64,000 nucleotides of DNA from Eledone cirrhosa (taxonomy: Eukaryota). The stretch lies in NCBI GenBank assembly GCA_964016885.1, contig OZ024740.1:107694001-107758000 (forward strand), written 5' to 3'. The notes under the pieces were generated by a model that was given only the letters and a program-made list of their open reading frames with translations, made no database searches and was not told where the DNA came from. Both the position numbers and the translations under genes were made by a program. This document shows positions 26,046 to 39,202 of the stretch, piece by piece (position 1 is the stretch's first letter; every line of letters begins with the position of its first letter).

Positions 26046-27194
26046 AAAAATTCAATCACAATTTTATGTGAGAACCTAACATAAGTTATGTTCCAAACAA
26101 GAACCTAAAAATGAGAAAGTTAGTTACATTACTAAATCCTGCAAATTCTTGATTATTTTGAAAATTATTTGAAAATCATTGGTAGTATTTTGCATGAGAA
26201 ATATCGTAATAAAAGAATCACCTTTTTTATACTAAACTGGACTTGGTTCTATAATTCAAAAGTTTTAAAATATTTATATTTATCTAAAAACATTCTTTTA
26301 TAATTTTATGTAAACACCATTATTAAGAAATATTCCAAACTCCAGCTTAATAATGAAAAAGTTAGTTATATTACTAAATTCCTTGAATTTATAACAATTT
26401 TCAAATATATTTGAAAATAATAGGCCGTATCTTTCATTAGAAATACGTTAAGGAAGGAAGTTGATTGACAAGATCCAAGACCTCATTTGTTTACTAAGTG
26501 GTGTGGACCTCCTCAAATTGGACCAAAGAAACAATGTTTCCATTGCTGATACTATCCACAAGTTGCAACACCTGGCAGGAAGAGCTTTGTGAAAAAAGGT
26601 GTCTTGCTCAAGGACATAACGTGTTGCCTAGTCTGGAAATTGAAATCACAACCTCACAATTATGAATCTAATATTCTAACTACTAAGCTACACTCCTTCA
26701 CTAGAAATACATTAACAACAGGGTTAAAAGCAAGTTTTGCAATATTATAGAATAAAAAGTTTCAGGCAGATTGGTAGCAAAAAAGGGTTACACAGTTTAT
26801 GAGCTTGTTCTGTTGTCAGTAATAATAGGTGTGGGAAGTTTATCATAACATACAATTCCACAAATTTATATAATCTCATCCATTTTTTTTTTGTAGTAGT
26901 AGTAGTAGTGGAGGTGGTGGTGGTGTTAGTAGTAGCAACAACAGTAGTAACAACAGCAGCAAGCTGTTTGTATGTTTATAATAACTAGTCATTTCCCTAA
27001 GTGACATCTGTTAGCTTTAACTATCTTTGTAAATAATTCTCAACTGGTTCTTCAAAATTTATGTACAAAACATGGAAAACTCATTACTATTTACCATTTG
27101 TTTTTTTACTGTTTGCTGCAGAGCTCAAAGACTGTTGTGGGTCCAGACAAAGACTATGGTAAACCATTCCAGAGTTTGTGTTTAATCTTGGTAC

Positions 27195-27810
27195 TGTATG
27201 ACTGTTTGGTTAAGAACTTTGTTTCACAGACACCACATAATCTCAGGTTCTATACCAATGAGTGGTACCCAGGATAATCTTTGGTTGACCAATGCTTTCA
27301 GTGGCACCAGATATAACCTTGGTCTGACCAATGTACTGAGTGGCACTTGAGATAACCTTGGTCTGACCAATGTACTGAATAGCACCAGAGATAACCTTGG
27401 TTTGAGCAATGTACTGAGTGGCATCCAAGATAACCTTGGTTTGACCAATGTACTGAGTGGCACTTGAGATAACCTTGGTCTGACCAATGTACTGAGTGGC
27501 ATCCAAGATAACCTTGTGCTGACCAATGTACTGAATAGCACCAGAGATAACCTTGGTTTGACCAATGTACTGAGTGGCATCCAAGATAACCTTGGTTTGA
27601 CCAATGTACTGAGTGGCACCAGAGATAACCTTGGTTTGACCTATGTAGTGAGTGGCATCCAAGATAACCTTGTGCTGACCAATGTACTGAGTGGCACTTG
27701 AGATAACATTGGTTGACCAATGTACTGAGTGGCACCTGTGATTATTTTGCGCTGACCAATGCTTTGTGTGTAAATTTGGTAAAATCTGTAGAGAAACACA
27801 TTGGATGTAC
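27195..27810 (+). mobile_element. SINE (third family) expanded by an internal minisatellite
   Basis: Head gactgtttggttaagaactttg...ggttc and tail gaccaatgctttgtgtgtaaatttggta; related copies at about 30370-30455(-), 62160-62320(-) and 2530-2680(-). Confidence 0.6.
27285..27736. repeat. 39-bp minisatellite (ccaatgtactgagtggcaccagagataaccttggtttga)
   Basis: About 11 tandem copies; explains the overlapping 13-aa-periodic ORFs. Confidence 0.95.
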
Positions 27811-28255
27811 ACCGCCACCGCCACCATCATCATCATCATTGAACATTCATTTTCTCTGGATGGGTCATCAATGAACAATGCTTTGTGAGTAAATTTGGCA
27901 GATAGAAACTGTAAAGAAGCCCAATGTATGTGTGTGTGAGTCATCAACAGCATCTTTTAATGTTTGGACGGGTCATCCCAAACCAAGTTAGTATTTAAGC
28001 AGAGATTAACTTTAACATGTAAGTGGCTGAGTATTCCACAGGCATGTGTAACCATAACAATTTTCAGGCTGAAGTAATGATACAATGTGATAAAGCAAGA
28101 CTTTTACATTAAAAGCACAATTCATCTGATGGGCTTCCATACAGTTCCACTCATGAGCTTGTGTGGATCTGAAATTACATTAAAAGACACAATCTATCTA
28201 ATGGCCTTCCATACAGTTCTATTCACAAGCTTATGTCAGTCTGAAGTTACATTAA

Positions 28256-28463
28256 CCCTTTAGCATTTAAACCGGCCATATCCGGCCAGAATTCTATCAC
28301 CTCTTTCTCTTCAAACCGGTTGTAACTGGCTACTCATATTTATGTTGAGGTATTGTTCTCAAAATAAATAACATCAGAATCTCATACATTCGATATTATG
28401 TGGGATAAAGCCTTTACCATAAAAATACAACTGTATTTATAGAGTAATGTTAATGCTAAAGGG
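28256..28463 (+). mobile_element. TTAA-type MITE family A inserted in a ~75-bp triplicated segment
   Basis: Same TIRs as 20026-20242; interrupts the repeat atctgatgggcttccatacagtt...ctgaagtta. Confidence 0.85.
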
Positions 28464-28778
28464 TCAAAAGATACAATCTATCTGATGGGCTTCCATACAG
28501 TTATACTCACAAGCTTGTGTTGATCTGAAGTTATGTTAAAAGTCACTAGCCCAAGATGCCACACAGTGGTATCAAACTCAGAATCTCATGATTATAAAGC
28601 AAACGTCTTGATCTCTCAGCATCCCCAGACCCTAACAAGAATAGGGCGTAAAACGTTGAACCCCTTGCTTATGGACATAATATAGTGTGAGAGTATCATG
28701 ATGTGAAACAAGTGACCACTTGGTTAGTTGCCTGGGATGCCATCCACACTCTTAAAGACTTATCTACCACACCATTTT

Positions 28779-28925
28779 GTGAAGACATGTGGCCTAGTGG
28801 TTCGAATGTTGGATTGACAATCATAATGTCATGGGTTCGACTCCTGAGCACAGTTGTGTGTTGTGTTCTTGAGCAAAACACTTAATATCACATTGTTCCA
28901 GTACACTCAACTGAAAATGGGTACA
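28779..28925 (+). mobile_element. tRNA-derived SINE head
   Basis: tggcctagtggtt, gggttcgactcct, gtgttcttgagcaaaacactt. Confidence 0.75.
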
Positions 28926-29489
28926 AGCAGTAGTAGCTGGGAGTAAATACTGCAATGGACTGGCATCCTGTCCAGAAGAAGTCTAGTACTCTTAGTTGTT
29001 TAATGTCGATAAAATCAGAATAAGCACTGGCCTAATGAACCCCTGGGCTTAGAGGGAAAATAATATACTATTTTAGCACCAAGTTGTTGAGTAGACCCCC
29101 TATTCCAGTTATAAAACTGGTTAAAAACAAGAATACTACCATCCTATTCACTACACTCCTCTGCACTATACAGCAAACAGGACACACTTTTGTACTTCCC
29201 AAACTCCACAATATATTTGAGATAAACACCTATGTGCTGATACAGCTGATTTTCTTTGTCTCTCAATGTAGTAATTTCACCAGGTGGTGGGGATAATTTG
29301 TGTTTCAGCCCCTTTCCTACCTGGTGTGGGAGTGGAGGGTCACCCACTGATGTAGGTGATGAACTCCCCGAATAACACTCTGGAATTATGTTATGTCTAT
29401 CATATATTGCGACTCTATGCCAGCTATCTTTCTCAAACTCAATACTTAATCTTATTTAATGGATGGTCTTCATTGTATTTAGACAGAGC

Positions 29490-29629
29490 AATTCCTCCCT
29501 TAAATCAGATTTTCTAGCTTGCTTTCTCAGCAGCCTATGATAATTTCTTTCCTTTGTGGTTAGTCCAAGGTTCTTGAACAGTGAGTCAAACCAAACTCCA
29601 ACAAATCCCTTGACACCTATCTCCACAGG
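29490..29629 (-). pseudogene. Restriction-like endonuclease C-terminus of an RLE-type (HERO-like) non-LTR element
   Basis: Manual translation gives PVEIGVKGFVG..FDSLFKNLGL, then after a frameshift AAEKAS*KI*; matches the PVEVGxRGF...AAExxSxWxW pattern. Confidence 0.6.
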
Positions 29630-30490
29630 GGATTTGTTGAAAGTATATAAAAATATTTATGTAGTTGAAAATATATAAAAATAGAGTACACTGAAAAAAA
29701 GGGCCTCTTGTGCTCTAGTGCAACATATAGAGCAGCAAATACTGTAAGCTGTAGAAATATGCACTTACCAAAGCAACCTCTTCTTTATTTTAAGTTTCCC
29801 CTTCCCACTATTTTTCTTTATCTTCATTATCTATCTACATATCTGTCTTACTATTTACTCCAGCTTGCTTGTCTGCCTGGATGACTTCATTATTAATCTA
29901 TGCATATACCTATCTATGTATCCATCCATATATATATATATTCATACACACACACACACATATATATGAACATGCATGCACACATACATACATACCATAC
30001 ATACATACATTGAAATTATAAAACCAGAAGAACATACATACATACATATTCTTTTACTGTCAGACTGTAGTCATGCTGAGACACCACTTTGATTTAGTTG
30101 ATCATATCAACCACAGTACATATTTTTTCCAGTCTGGTTCTTATTTTATCAATCTCTTTTTTTGTTGAACTTCTATGTTGTTCTTATTTGCCCACTTATT
30201 CCTAGGAGGGTCGTAAGGGCGGTCCTGTGAGAGGCTACCATCTCCATCCCATCGAGACTAGCTAAGCTCATGGATGTTATCCAACCATCTTGCTCGGAGT
30301 TTACCCATGGGTCTCTTGCCGGTTGGTTTTGGCCGCAAAATCTGACCAGAAAATATTTCCCTATACATTCTGACACATTTGTCTAAGGTGCCATAAAGTG
30401 AGACTGAACCCAGTACCATATGGATGCAAAGCAAATTCTTTAACCACACAGCCTTCTAACTGATGACCATGTGTACACCTTAATGAAATA

Positions 30491-31572
30491 TCATCATCAT
30501 CATCATCATCATTTAACATCTACCTTCCATGCTAGCATGGGTTTAGACAGGAATTGTCCTACTTGAGGCAAACTTGGTCAGGTGACCATGTCTCGCTTGT
30601 ATAGGACTGTCTGGATGCCCTTCCTAACACCAACCACGTTTACAATGTGGACTTAGGGGTTTTTACTGTGTTACCTACACGGCCACATTACAGCGTGGAC
30701 TGTGTTTTTTTTGGACTGGATGTTGTGGTACCAACATAACTTTACAGAGAAAGGGGTGGTGTTGGTGGGAGTGGGGGTGGAGTAGGGGTAGTGGGATGGG
30801 GTGTATATTTGGTTAAGAGGTGCCTACTGACTGTAGGTTTCACTTTGTACTTAGGTAAGACGGGTCTTCTGTATTACTGCATAGCGCCAAAGATCTCGGT
30901 CCAGTGACATTGTCTTAGACAGGTGTAAGTGTGTAAGGTCGGAATTTATCAAATCGTCCCTTCTTTTTCTGGGTCTACCTACTCCGTAACTTCCATCAAT
31001 TTTGATCGCCCTGCACTTTTTTTTATACAACTATCATCTTTCATGCGCATCACGTGACCATACCAACGTAGTTTTCTCTCGAGTAAACAGCATCTGATCC
31101 CTCTTATTCCTAATTTCTCATTTAGTTCATTTATGCTTTGCCATTCACATGTATTACTATTACACATCCAACAGAGCATGCATGCTTCGTTCCTCTCCAG
31201 TTTTCACAGGTCCTCTCCACGCAATGCCCATGTCTCACTGCCATGTAATCTGCCTTTCATTTTTAGAGAGAAACCTTTAGCGGCCAATAGTGGTATAAGC
31301 TCTCTGAACTTTTTCCATCCCGTTCTGACTCTGGCTACTGTACTTTCAGAGCACCCTCCACCACTGCTGATTTTGTTACCCAGGTAACGGAAGGTGTCCA
31401 CTATTTCCATAGAACCATCTGGGCAACAGAAGGAGCTAGTATCCTGTGGGCACTTGCTACTTATTGCACCTGAGCATCGGCTACATATAAAATCTACGTA
31501 CTTAGATAGCTTACCTGTGATCCCACTACATCTTTTATGTACCCATAATTTGCATTTGGGACATAAAATGGA
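30491..31572 (-). mobile_element. Older, frameshifted RTE family 1 copy
   Basis: CPKCKLWVHKRC, FRYLG, LRWYGHV, 3'UTR and (GAT)n tail. Confidence 0.9.
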
Positions 31573-31609
31573 GAAGTAGAGAGTACTACTCTGATTTGTG
31601 GTCTTCTCG

Positions 31610-31650
31610 GTCCTCATACTCTCTCTCTGTATATATATATATAAATACAG

Positions 31651-31718
<68 letters not shown>

Positions 31719-31740
31719 TGAGTGAGAGAGTGAGTGAGTG
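31610..31740. repeat. (GA)n microsatellite
   Basis: Directly visible. Confidence 0.95.
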
Positions 31741-32094
31741 AAAGAATGCATGCTTCCCATATGTTATTGTGAAACCTAATCTTTTGCACTTTCCTTCTTC
31801 TCTCCTGCAGCATGTTACACATTAGTAATAATATCTTGGTAGGACCATTCCTATATCATGGTGATGTCATCATACAACTAGCAAGATGCACCATACCATG
31901 AAACACACACAAAAACTTACTGTTACTGCTGCCATGGTTACCACATATTTCATAAAGACTGTTTACTCTTTCTCTCTCTCCATCACACATACACACACAC
32001 ACACATATATCATCATCATCATCATCATCATTTAACGTCCATATATGCATATATATACATATGTGTGTGTGTGTGTGTCTGAGGGGTGTGTATA

Positions 32095-32145
<51 letters not shown>

Positions 32146-32814
32146 GCATACACATATATATATATATATACACATACATATAATACATACACATATACAT
32201 ATATACATACATAAAGAGATACAAAAGTGCATGTATGTACCGCTGTGTTTTAATCTGAAGTGCTGTTGGCTCCTAGAAGGTGAGGGTCATCGACTTACCC
32301 CATTAATGTATGTCTTCACCATCATGAAAGTTCATGATGAGGCATTGCCTCTTTAACCCTTTTGATACCAACGGCCTGTAGAGAAAACTACTCATTTTAA
32401 AAGTTTCCCATCTAATTTGAAATCTTATCTTTATAATGAAATGGTTAATAAATAGTTTAGTAAATCCCTTCAAATTCTTTATTAATTAATTGAAATACAG
32501 TGTATTTATTTAGAAATATAGTAATGAAAGGGTTGAAGTGAAAGAGCAGATCATACTAGATAATAAGTTGACAGCCAGCATATCTCAAAAATGGATGACT
32601 TGAATATACATTTTTTTTTCTGTTCCTTCCTCTTCTCACATTTTATATTTCTATTTTATCTTTTTTCTTCTAATTTTATATTTTGATGAAGGACTAGTGT
32701 CCGAAACTTTAAGGCTCTTTTCCTGTTATTTCAGTATATTTCTTCAATGTACTTTGTCGTTTGCCTTGTTATTTCTGTTTACATTTTATACACACATATA
32801 TATATAAGTGGATT

Positions 32815-32990
32815 CCCAACGTATATCAAGAGGTGAGCACAGTTAAAGAGAACTTAATATGTTAGTAGAGTATAGGCATATTTACTTTATTATACAATGA
32901 CTTCAACAGGACTAGAAATGTTTCATTCGCAAAAGTGGTTTCTTATGAATGAAACGGTTCTAGTCCTGTGGAAGTCAATAAAATAAATAT
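32815..32990. repeat. Hairpin-forming PLE-type terminus; homologue at 38651-38850
   Basis: gacttcaacaggactagaaatgtttcattc / gaatgaaacggttctagtcctgtggaagtc; (TA)n flanks. Confidence 0.55.
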
Positions 32991-32998
32991 ATATACAT

Positions 32999-33047
<49 letters not shown>

Positions 33048-33170
33048 GTAATAATAAATGTGAAGACTAAAATCCGACAAGGGCTCAATAAGGATTATAT
33101 ACCAGTAGAGCAAATATTTATTATAAGTACAGATTAAAATTTAAATCTGTACTTATAATATATATATATA

Positions 33171-33870
33171 TAAGTATGTATACGTACATGCGTATATGTA
33201 TACAGATGTACAGTAGTATGTATGTACATACATACATGCACACATATATATATGTACGTATGGGTTTACCGAACATTTATTATAATGCTCGGTTTGTTTG
33301 TAAACAAACAGCCCGAATTATTAGCTGTACAGTGTTCAGCAACCATCGTTGCCATTTTGTTCAACACTGACAAAGGAATGATGAACTAGTTTCTAGCTTA
33401 TTAGCTGTCATCAGCACCGTATACCTTCCTGTCAGTTGATTGAACGTTTGAAACTATATACTTTCCTTATGCATATTAATGGCTGAGCAGCCTAATCTGC
33501 ATATCGAGTGAGTTAGTTGGCCGGGCGTACCGAAAACGATAAATGGAAAAAATGAAATTTCATTTCTCATTCTTAGTACGGCTGATACTTAAATATAAGT
33601 ATGTATACATACATATATATATACAGCTAATAAGCTAGAAACTAGTTCATCGTTCCTTTGTCAGTGTTGAACAAAATGGCAACGATGGTTGCCAAACACT
33701 GAATGGTTAACAATTTGGGCTGTTTGTTTACAACAAACCGAGCATTATAATAAATGTTTGGTAAACCCATACGTACATATATATATGTGTGCATACTACT
33801 GTATGTCTGTATACATATATGTATGTACGTATACATACTTATATTTAAGTATCAGCCGTACTAAGAGTAA
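33171..33870. mobile_element. Unclassified repeat in a partial-tandem plus inverted arrangement
   Basis: 33171-33408 is inverted at 33623-33841; 33570-33610 repeats the unit start; a further copy lies at about 43045-43280. Confidence 0.65.
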
Positions 33871-33919
33871 AAATACCAGTAATATCTGTTTGTCAATAGA
33901 TTTAATCACATGCCATATC

Positions 33920-33979
<60 letters not shown>

Positions 33980-33989
33980 CATATATGTC

Positions 33990-34256
33990 GTGATGTGTTG
34001 TTTCCTTGAGCAAGACACTTTATTTCACATTGCTCCAGTTTACTCAGCTGTAGAAATGAGATGATAGGGACTGGGGTCCCTATCATTCCACTGCATAGTG
34101 GTCGTGGAGGTGCCATGGCAAAAATGCACCCAGCATTCACTGTAAATGAGGTTGGTGTTAGGAAGGGCATCCAGCTGTAGAAATCAAGCCAGAATCAGTT
34201 CCTGTCCCACCCTTGCAAATAGGGAAAAGCAGACGTAAAATGATGATGATGATGAT
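33990..34256 (+). mobile_element. 5'-truncated SINE (same family as 40791-41167)
   Basis: Near-colinear with that copy and ends in gacgtaaaa(tga)n. Confidence 0.85.
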
Positions 34257-34786
34257 ATACGAGTATATACATAAATATATGAGTATATACATAATTTTTC
34301 AATGGCGGTGCTTCAGCATGGCCCCAGCCAGTCGACTGGAACAGGTAAAGGTGTAACATAGTAAGTTATATATCAAACACCAGCATAATAATGAAAGAGT
34401 TAGTTATATTAATAACTCTGTCCAAATTCTTGATTATGTTCAAAATTATTTGAAAAACAGGCAGTATCTTTCATGAAGATATGGTCATGAAAGGGTTAAC
34501 ACTGTAGATAGTAGAGTTGAGCAATAGTGCTAAGTACCTACTGTGTGCATGCGTGTGTTTCTGGTAAACAATTCTGAATAGCAGCTCTGACTGGCTGCTA
34601 TACTTGTGAACCGATGTTTACATCATATCATAGTAAATTACAATTTCATGTTCAAAACACACATACACCAAATGTATAGACATACATATAAAATATATAT
34701 AGATATACATATAACATAGGTATATATATATATATAATAAGAACAAAGCAGAGGTGTTACATAGGAGATTTATTGCTCAACCTGGT

Positions 34787-34826
<40 letters not shown>

Positions 34827-34827
34827 G

Positions 34828-34861
<34 letters not shown>

Positions 34862-35435
34862 CATACACACACACATATATAATGTATAGATATTTATATA
34901 AGAATATTTGTACATTTGTTTCTTATATAGCAGCCTTTATATATATATATATATATTATATACATATACATACATACATATTCCCATGATGCTTTGTAAA
35001 AATTATTTTTAACTACACAACCCACAACTTAATGTCATAGGAAGCAAAATGTGAACTACATTTGTTTATATATGTTAACTGTTGGAAATATAGGTGAATT
35101 AACATCTGTGAATGTGTGTTCCCAGAGATATTGAGGAAACAGGGTAGAGAAGAGATAAATTTATTCATAAATATGACTAAACGTTGACTGAAGGGAATAC
35201 ACCATCACGTTTGGCACCAACAGTAATGGAATTCTCCTTTACAGGTTTGTTATAGATACCTCCTGTTCACTAAAATACCCCACAGAGAGTAGGGGTATCA
35301 CTTCACAATGACTTAGTTCTGCTTGTAAGCTTTTAGACAGAAACATAAGATTACCAAACATCATCTTGCTTTGAAGTTGGTGCTGAAAAATTCATTTTCG
35401 TTATTTTCCAGTTGCTAATTATATATTATATATAT

Positions 35436-36200
35436 ATCATCATCATCATCATCGACGTTTAACGTCCGTGTTCCACGCTTGCATGGGTTTGGACGGGGGT
35501 ATTCCCACTTGAGGCAAGAGTGATTGTCTTGCTCGCATAGAACTGTCTGGCAGATTTTCTACAGTTGGATGCCCTTCCTAACACCAACCACATTTACAGT
35601 GTGGGACTGGGAGGTTTTTACCGTGTTGCCTACACGGCCACATTACAGCGTGGACTGTGTGTTTTTTTGTTGTGACACCTACACGATCTCATTTGTTTCG
35701 GCCTGGATGTTGTGGCACCAACATAACTTTACATAGGAGGGGGTGGTGTGGATGGGGTGCGGGTGGTGGGACGGGGGTGTATTTTGTTAGAGATGCCTAC
35801 TGGCTGTAGTAGGTTTTACTATGTATTTAGGTAAGGCGGGTCTTCTCTGTTACTGAGTACCGCCAAAGGTCTCGGTCCAGTGACATTGTCTTGGAGAGGT
35901 GTAAGTGTGTGAGGTCAGAGTTTATCAGCTCGTCCCAGGATTTTCTAGGTCTGCCTATTCCGTGGCTACCGTCTATCTTTATTGCCCTGCACTTTGTTAT
36001 ACAGCTATCGACTTTCATGCGCATCACGTGTCCGTACCAACGTAGCCTTCTCTCGAGTAAACAACATCTGATCCCTCTTATTTCTAATTTTTTCCTTAGT
36101 TCATTTATGCTTTGCCGTTCACGTATATTACTATTACACATCCAGCGGAGCATGCAAGCTACGTTCCTCTCTAGTCTGCGTATATCCTCTGCGCACAATG

Positions 36201-36203
<3 letters not shown>
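35436..36203 (-). mobile_element. RTE family 1 3' portion
   Basis: ORF 35827-36198 matches the family C-terminus; (TA)n on both sides. Confidence 0.95.
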
Positions 36204-36236
<33 letters not shown>

Positions 36237-36244
36237 TTTACCCT

Positions 36245-37555
36245 TGTAGCAGTTGACAATGATGCTGCTGCACCAGTCACTCAATATGACATCATTTAGT
36301 ATTTACTTGGTAAAGGAAAAGCACTAGATAGAGAGAACTATAGAGACATCAAGTTGATGGACCAGATCATGAAAGTAACAGAAAGAATTGTAACAGCTGA
36401 ACCAGCTGCCCATGGCAACTCCTGTATGCAGATGATCTTACACTGAATCTATGGCAGAATTAGAGAAGAAATTCCAAACCTGGAAGCATGGGCCTAGACA
36501 CAAAGGGTCTTAAAGTCAACCTGACAAAGAGATCCACAATCCTCTCAGGGAAATGGCCTTTCTCAGTGTGTAGGAAAGGTGAAGGTAAAAATTCCATCCA
36601 CTGTCCCAAATACAAATTATGGGTACACAAGAGATGTAGTGGGATCTCAGGTAGTTTAGCTTAAAATGTAGGTTTTATATATAGCCATTGCACCAGAGCA
36701 GTAAACAGCAAACGACCACAGGAAAGAAGCACTATCAAATTCTGGGAAGGTTTGGTAGAAGCGGTAGACAGTTTCTGTTACCTGGGTGATCAAATTAGCA
36801 GCAGAGGTGGGTGTTCTGAAAATACAGTAGCCAGAGTAAGGACGGGATGGAAGAAGTTCAGGGAGCTACACTGCTAGCTACAAACGGCTTTTCCCTCAAA
36901 GTGATAGGCAGATTGTACGACGTATGTATATGAGCAGCAATGTTACATGGTAGTGAGGCCTGGGTGCTGTGTGCAGAAGACTTACGAAAATTGGAAAGAA
37001 ATGAAGCTTGCATGCTTTGATGGATGTGTAAAAGTAATATACATGAACGGTAAAGCATAAATAAACTGACAATTCAATTCCACCCACCCACCCTTTCCCA
37101 TACACCTATGAGCAAAGGCTAAAGCATACATCTGGTATACCACCTCCACCTCCCACATCCTAACATTCTGCCCCTGACACATGCCCATATACCTACCTCC
37201 CCAATCCCACACACCCTTCCCCCAAAGTCCCCAGCCCACAATGTAAAATGGTTGTGATGGTGACATGACAAAAAGTGCCAAGCCGACACTAAGGTAGTCG
37301 TGTAGGTGTCACGACAAAAACCACCTTGCCCACACTGTAAAGTGGTTGTGTAGACGTCACGACAAAAAAGCACCCAGTACTCACTGTAAACGAGGTTGGC
37401 GTTAGGAAGGGTATCCAGCTGCAGAAACCAAGCCAAAATCAGTTCTGTATGAACAAGACATGGTCATCTGACCTTGACTTGTCTCAAATAACACAACCTG
37501 TCTAACCCATGCTAGCATGAAAACGGGACATTAAACAGTGAAGAGAAATGATGAT
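36245..37555 (+). mobile_element. Degraded RTE family 1-related copy with 3' tail
   Basis: Fragments GCPWQLLYADD, GKWP, FCYLGDQIS; stops and frameshifts. Confidence 0.8.
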
Positions 37556-37594
37556 ATATATATATATATATTGGAAAATGTGTAAGATCCTTGG

Positions 37595-37900
37595 TACAGT
37601 TAGGTATATTTGAAAAAAAGGATAAGAATAACTTCACTTGAAGTTCTAAATAATTTGATTTCATTTTATATTATAATATTGAGTTGGTAGATCTAGTAAG
37701 TTCTTTCAGTTTGACAATTGCCACCGATGAATGCGAGAAAGTTCTCCAAGAAAGTTAACCAGGAATCTTTAAAATTCTTCCCACCGAAGTTAACAAAGAA
37801 GTTACTAGATCTACCAACTCATAATATTATAATATTATAAAATTAAATCAAATTATTTAGAACTACAAGTGAAGTCATTCTTTTCCTGTTTTTCAAATAT
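37595..37900. repeat. Imperfect inverted duplication between (TA)n tracts
   Basis: acttcacttgaagttctaaataatttgatt...gagttggtagatctagtaa / ttactagatctaccaactc...aatcaaattatttagaactacaagtgaagt. Confidence 0.75.
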
Positions 37901-37964
37901 ATATATATATATATATATATATAAGAGAGTATTGAAGTTTGCTTGAAGCATTGTGGAACAATAA

Positions 37965-38591
37965 GTAAATATCTTTAAGTCGTTTGGAAGCCGCGACAAT
38001 GCAAATGGGTAAATCTCCGGGTAACAAGGTCCGGTGGTGGAGAGAGAGATGTAAGTGGGTGTACGTTGAGATGCGTGGTGTGTATAAGATGTGTGAGATG
38101 TGTAGAATGAAGGGAAGAGTATAGAGGATAAAATAAAAATAACAACACAAGAGAGAGTTACCTTGGGAGAGATTTAATAGTCCCTATATATTTCGGATTC
38201 ACATCCATCAACTGGGGTTTTTTTCCGGGGTGGGGGAAAAGGTTGTCTGTCGGACAAGTCCGATATTCAAAACAACAAACAGCGAAGGACGCGTTCCGGA
38301 CTTGTCCGACAGACAACCTTTTCCCCCACCCCGGAAAAAAACCCCAGTTGATGGATGTGAATCCGAAATATATAGGGACTATTAAATCTCTCCCAAGGTA
38401 ACTCTCTCTTGTGTTGTTATTTTTATTTTATCCTCTATACTCTTCCCTTCATTCTACACATCTCACACATCTTATACACACCACGCATCTCAACGTACAC
38501 CCACTTACATCTCTCTCTCCACCACCGGACCTTGTTACCCGGAGATTTACCCATTTGCATTGTCGAGGCTTCCAAACGACTTAAAGATATT

Positions 38592-38594
<3 letters not shown>
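37965..38594. repeat. Near-perfect palindrome, about 298-bp arms and a 34-bp spacer (PLE-type terminus)
   Basis: 37965-38262 is the reverse complement of 38297-38594; mirrored ORFs appear in the track. Confidence 0.9.
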
Positions 38595-38655
<61 letters not shown>

Positions 38656-38880
38656 TATTATACAGAAATGGCTTCCACAAGACTAGAATTGTTTAATCCA
38701 TATGGTATCATCAGAAATGTCCTCATGATTTCATATGAATGAAACAGTTCTAGACCTGTCGAAGTCATTTCTATATAAAATAAAGATGCTTATACTCTAC
38801 CAATATACTGATTACTTTCTTTTTTTTAAACTGTGGTCACCTCTTGATCCACTTCACAAAGAATCTACCTATTATATATA

Positions 38881-39050
38881 CAGGTAAAAGTCTGTTATAA
38901 CGAATACCATTATAACAAATTTTTCAGTAATCTCTGAGGTAATAACAATTAAACGCTCAATTTGTTTTGGTCGATCTCATTATAAAGAATATTTTGTTAC
39001 AATGAATTTTTTTTTGTTACAATGAATTTCATTATAATGGAATTTCACTG
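38881..39050. mobile_element. Tigger-like MITE
   Basis: ta|caggtaaaagtctgttataacgaa ... ttcattataatggaatttcactg; imperfect TIRs. Confidence 0.45.
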
Positions 39051-39162
39051 TGTATATATAGTGGAAAATGAAGGAGAATCCTTGGTAAACTAAGATAACT
39101 AACCAGAACTAATATCTATAATGACTTACTGTAAATATTTGAATTATTAAAGAATAGCAGCA

Positions 39163-39202
<40 letters not shown>

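Noticed and set aside
27224-27953. Repeat-protein ORFs of 131-236 aa
   Set aside because: Open in several frames only because the 39-bp unit is a multiple of three.
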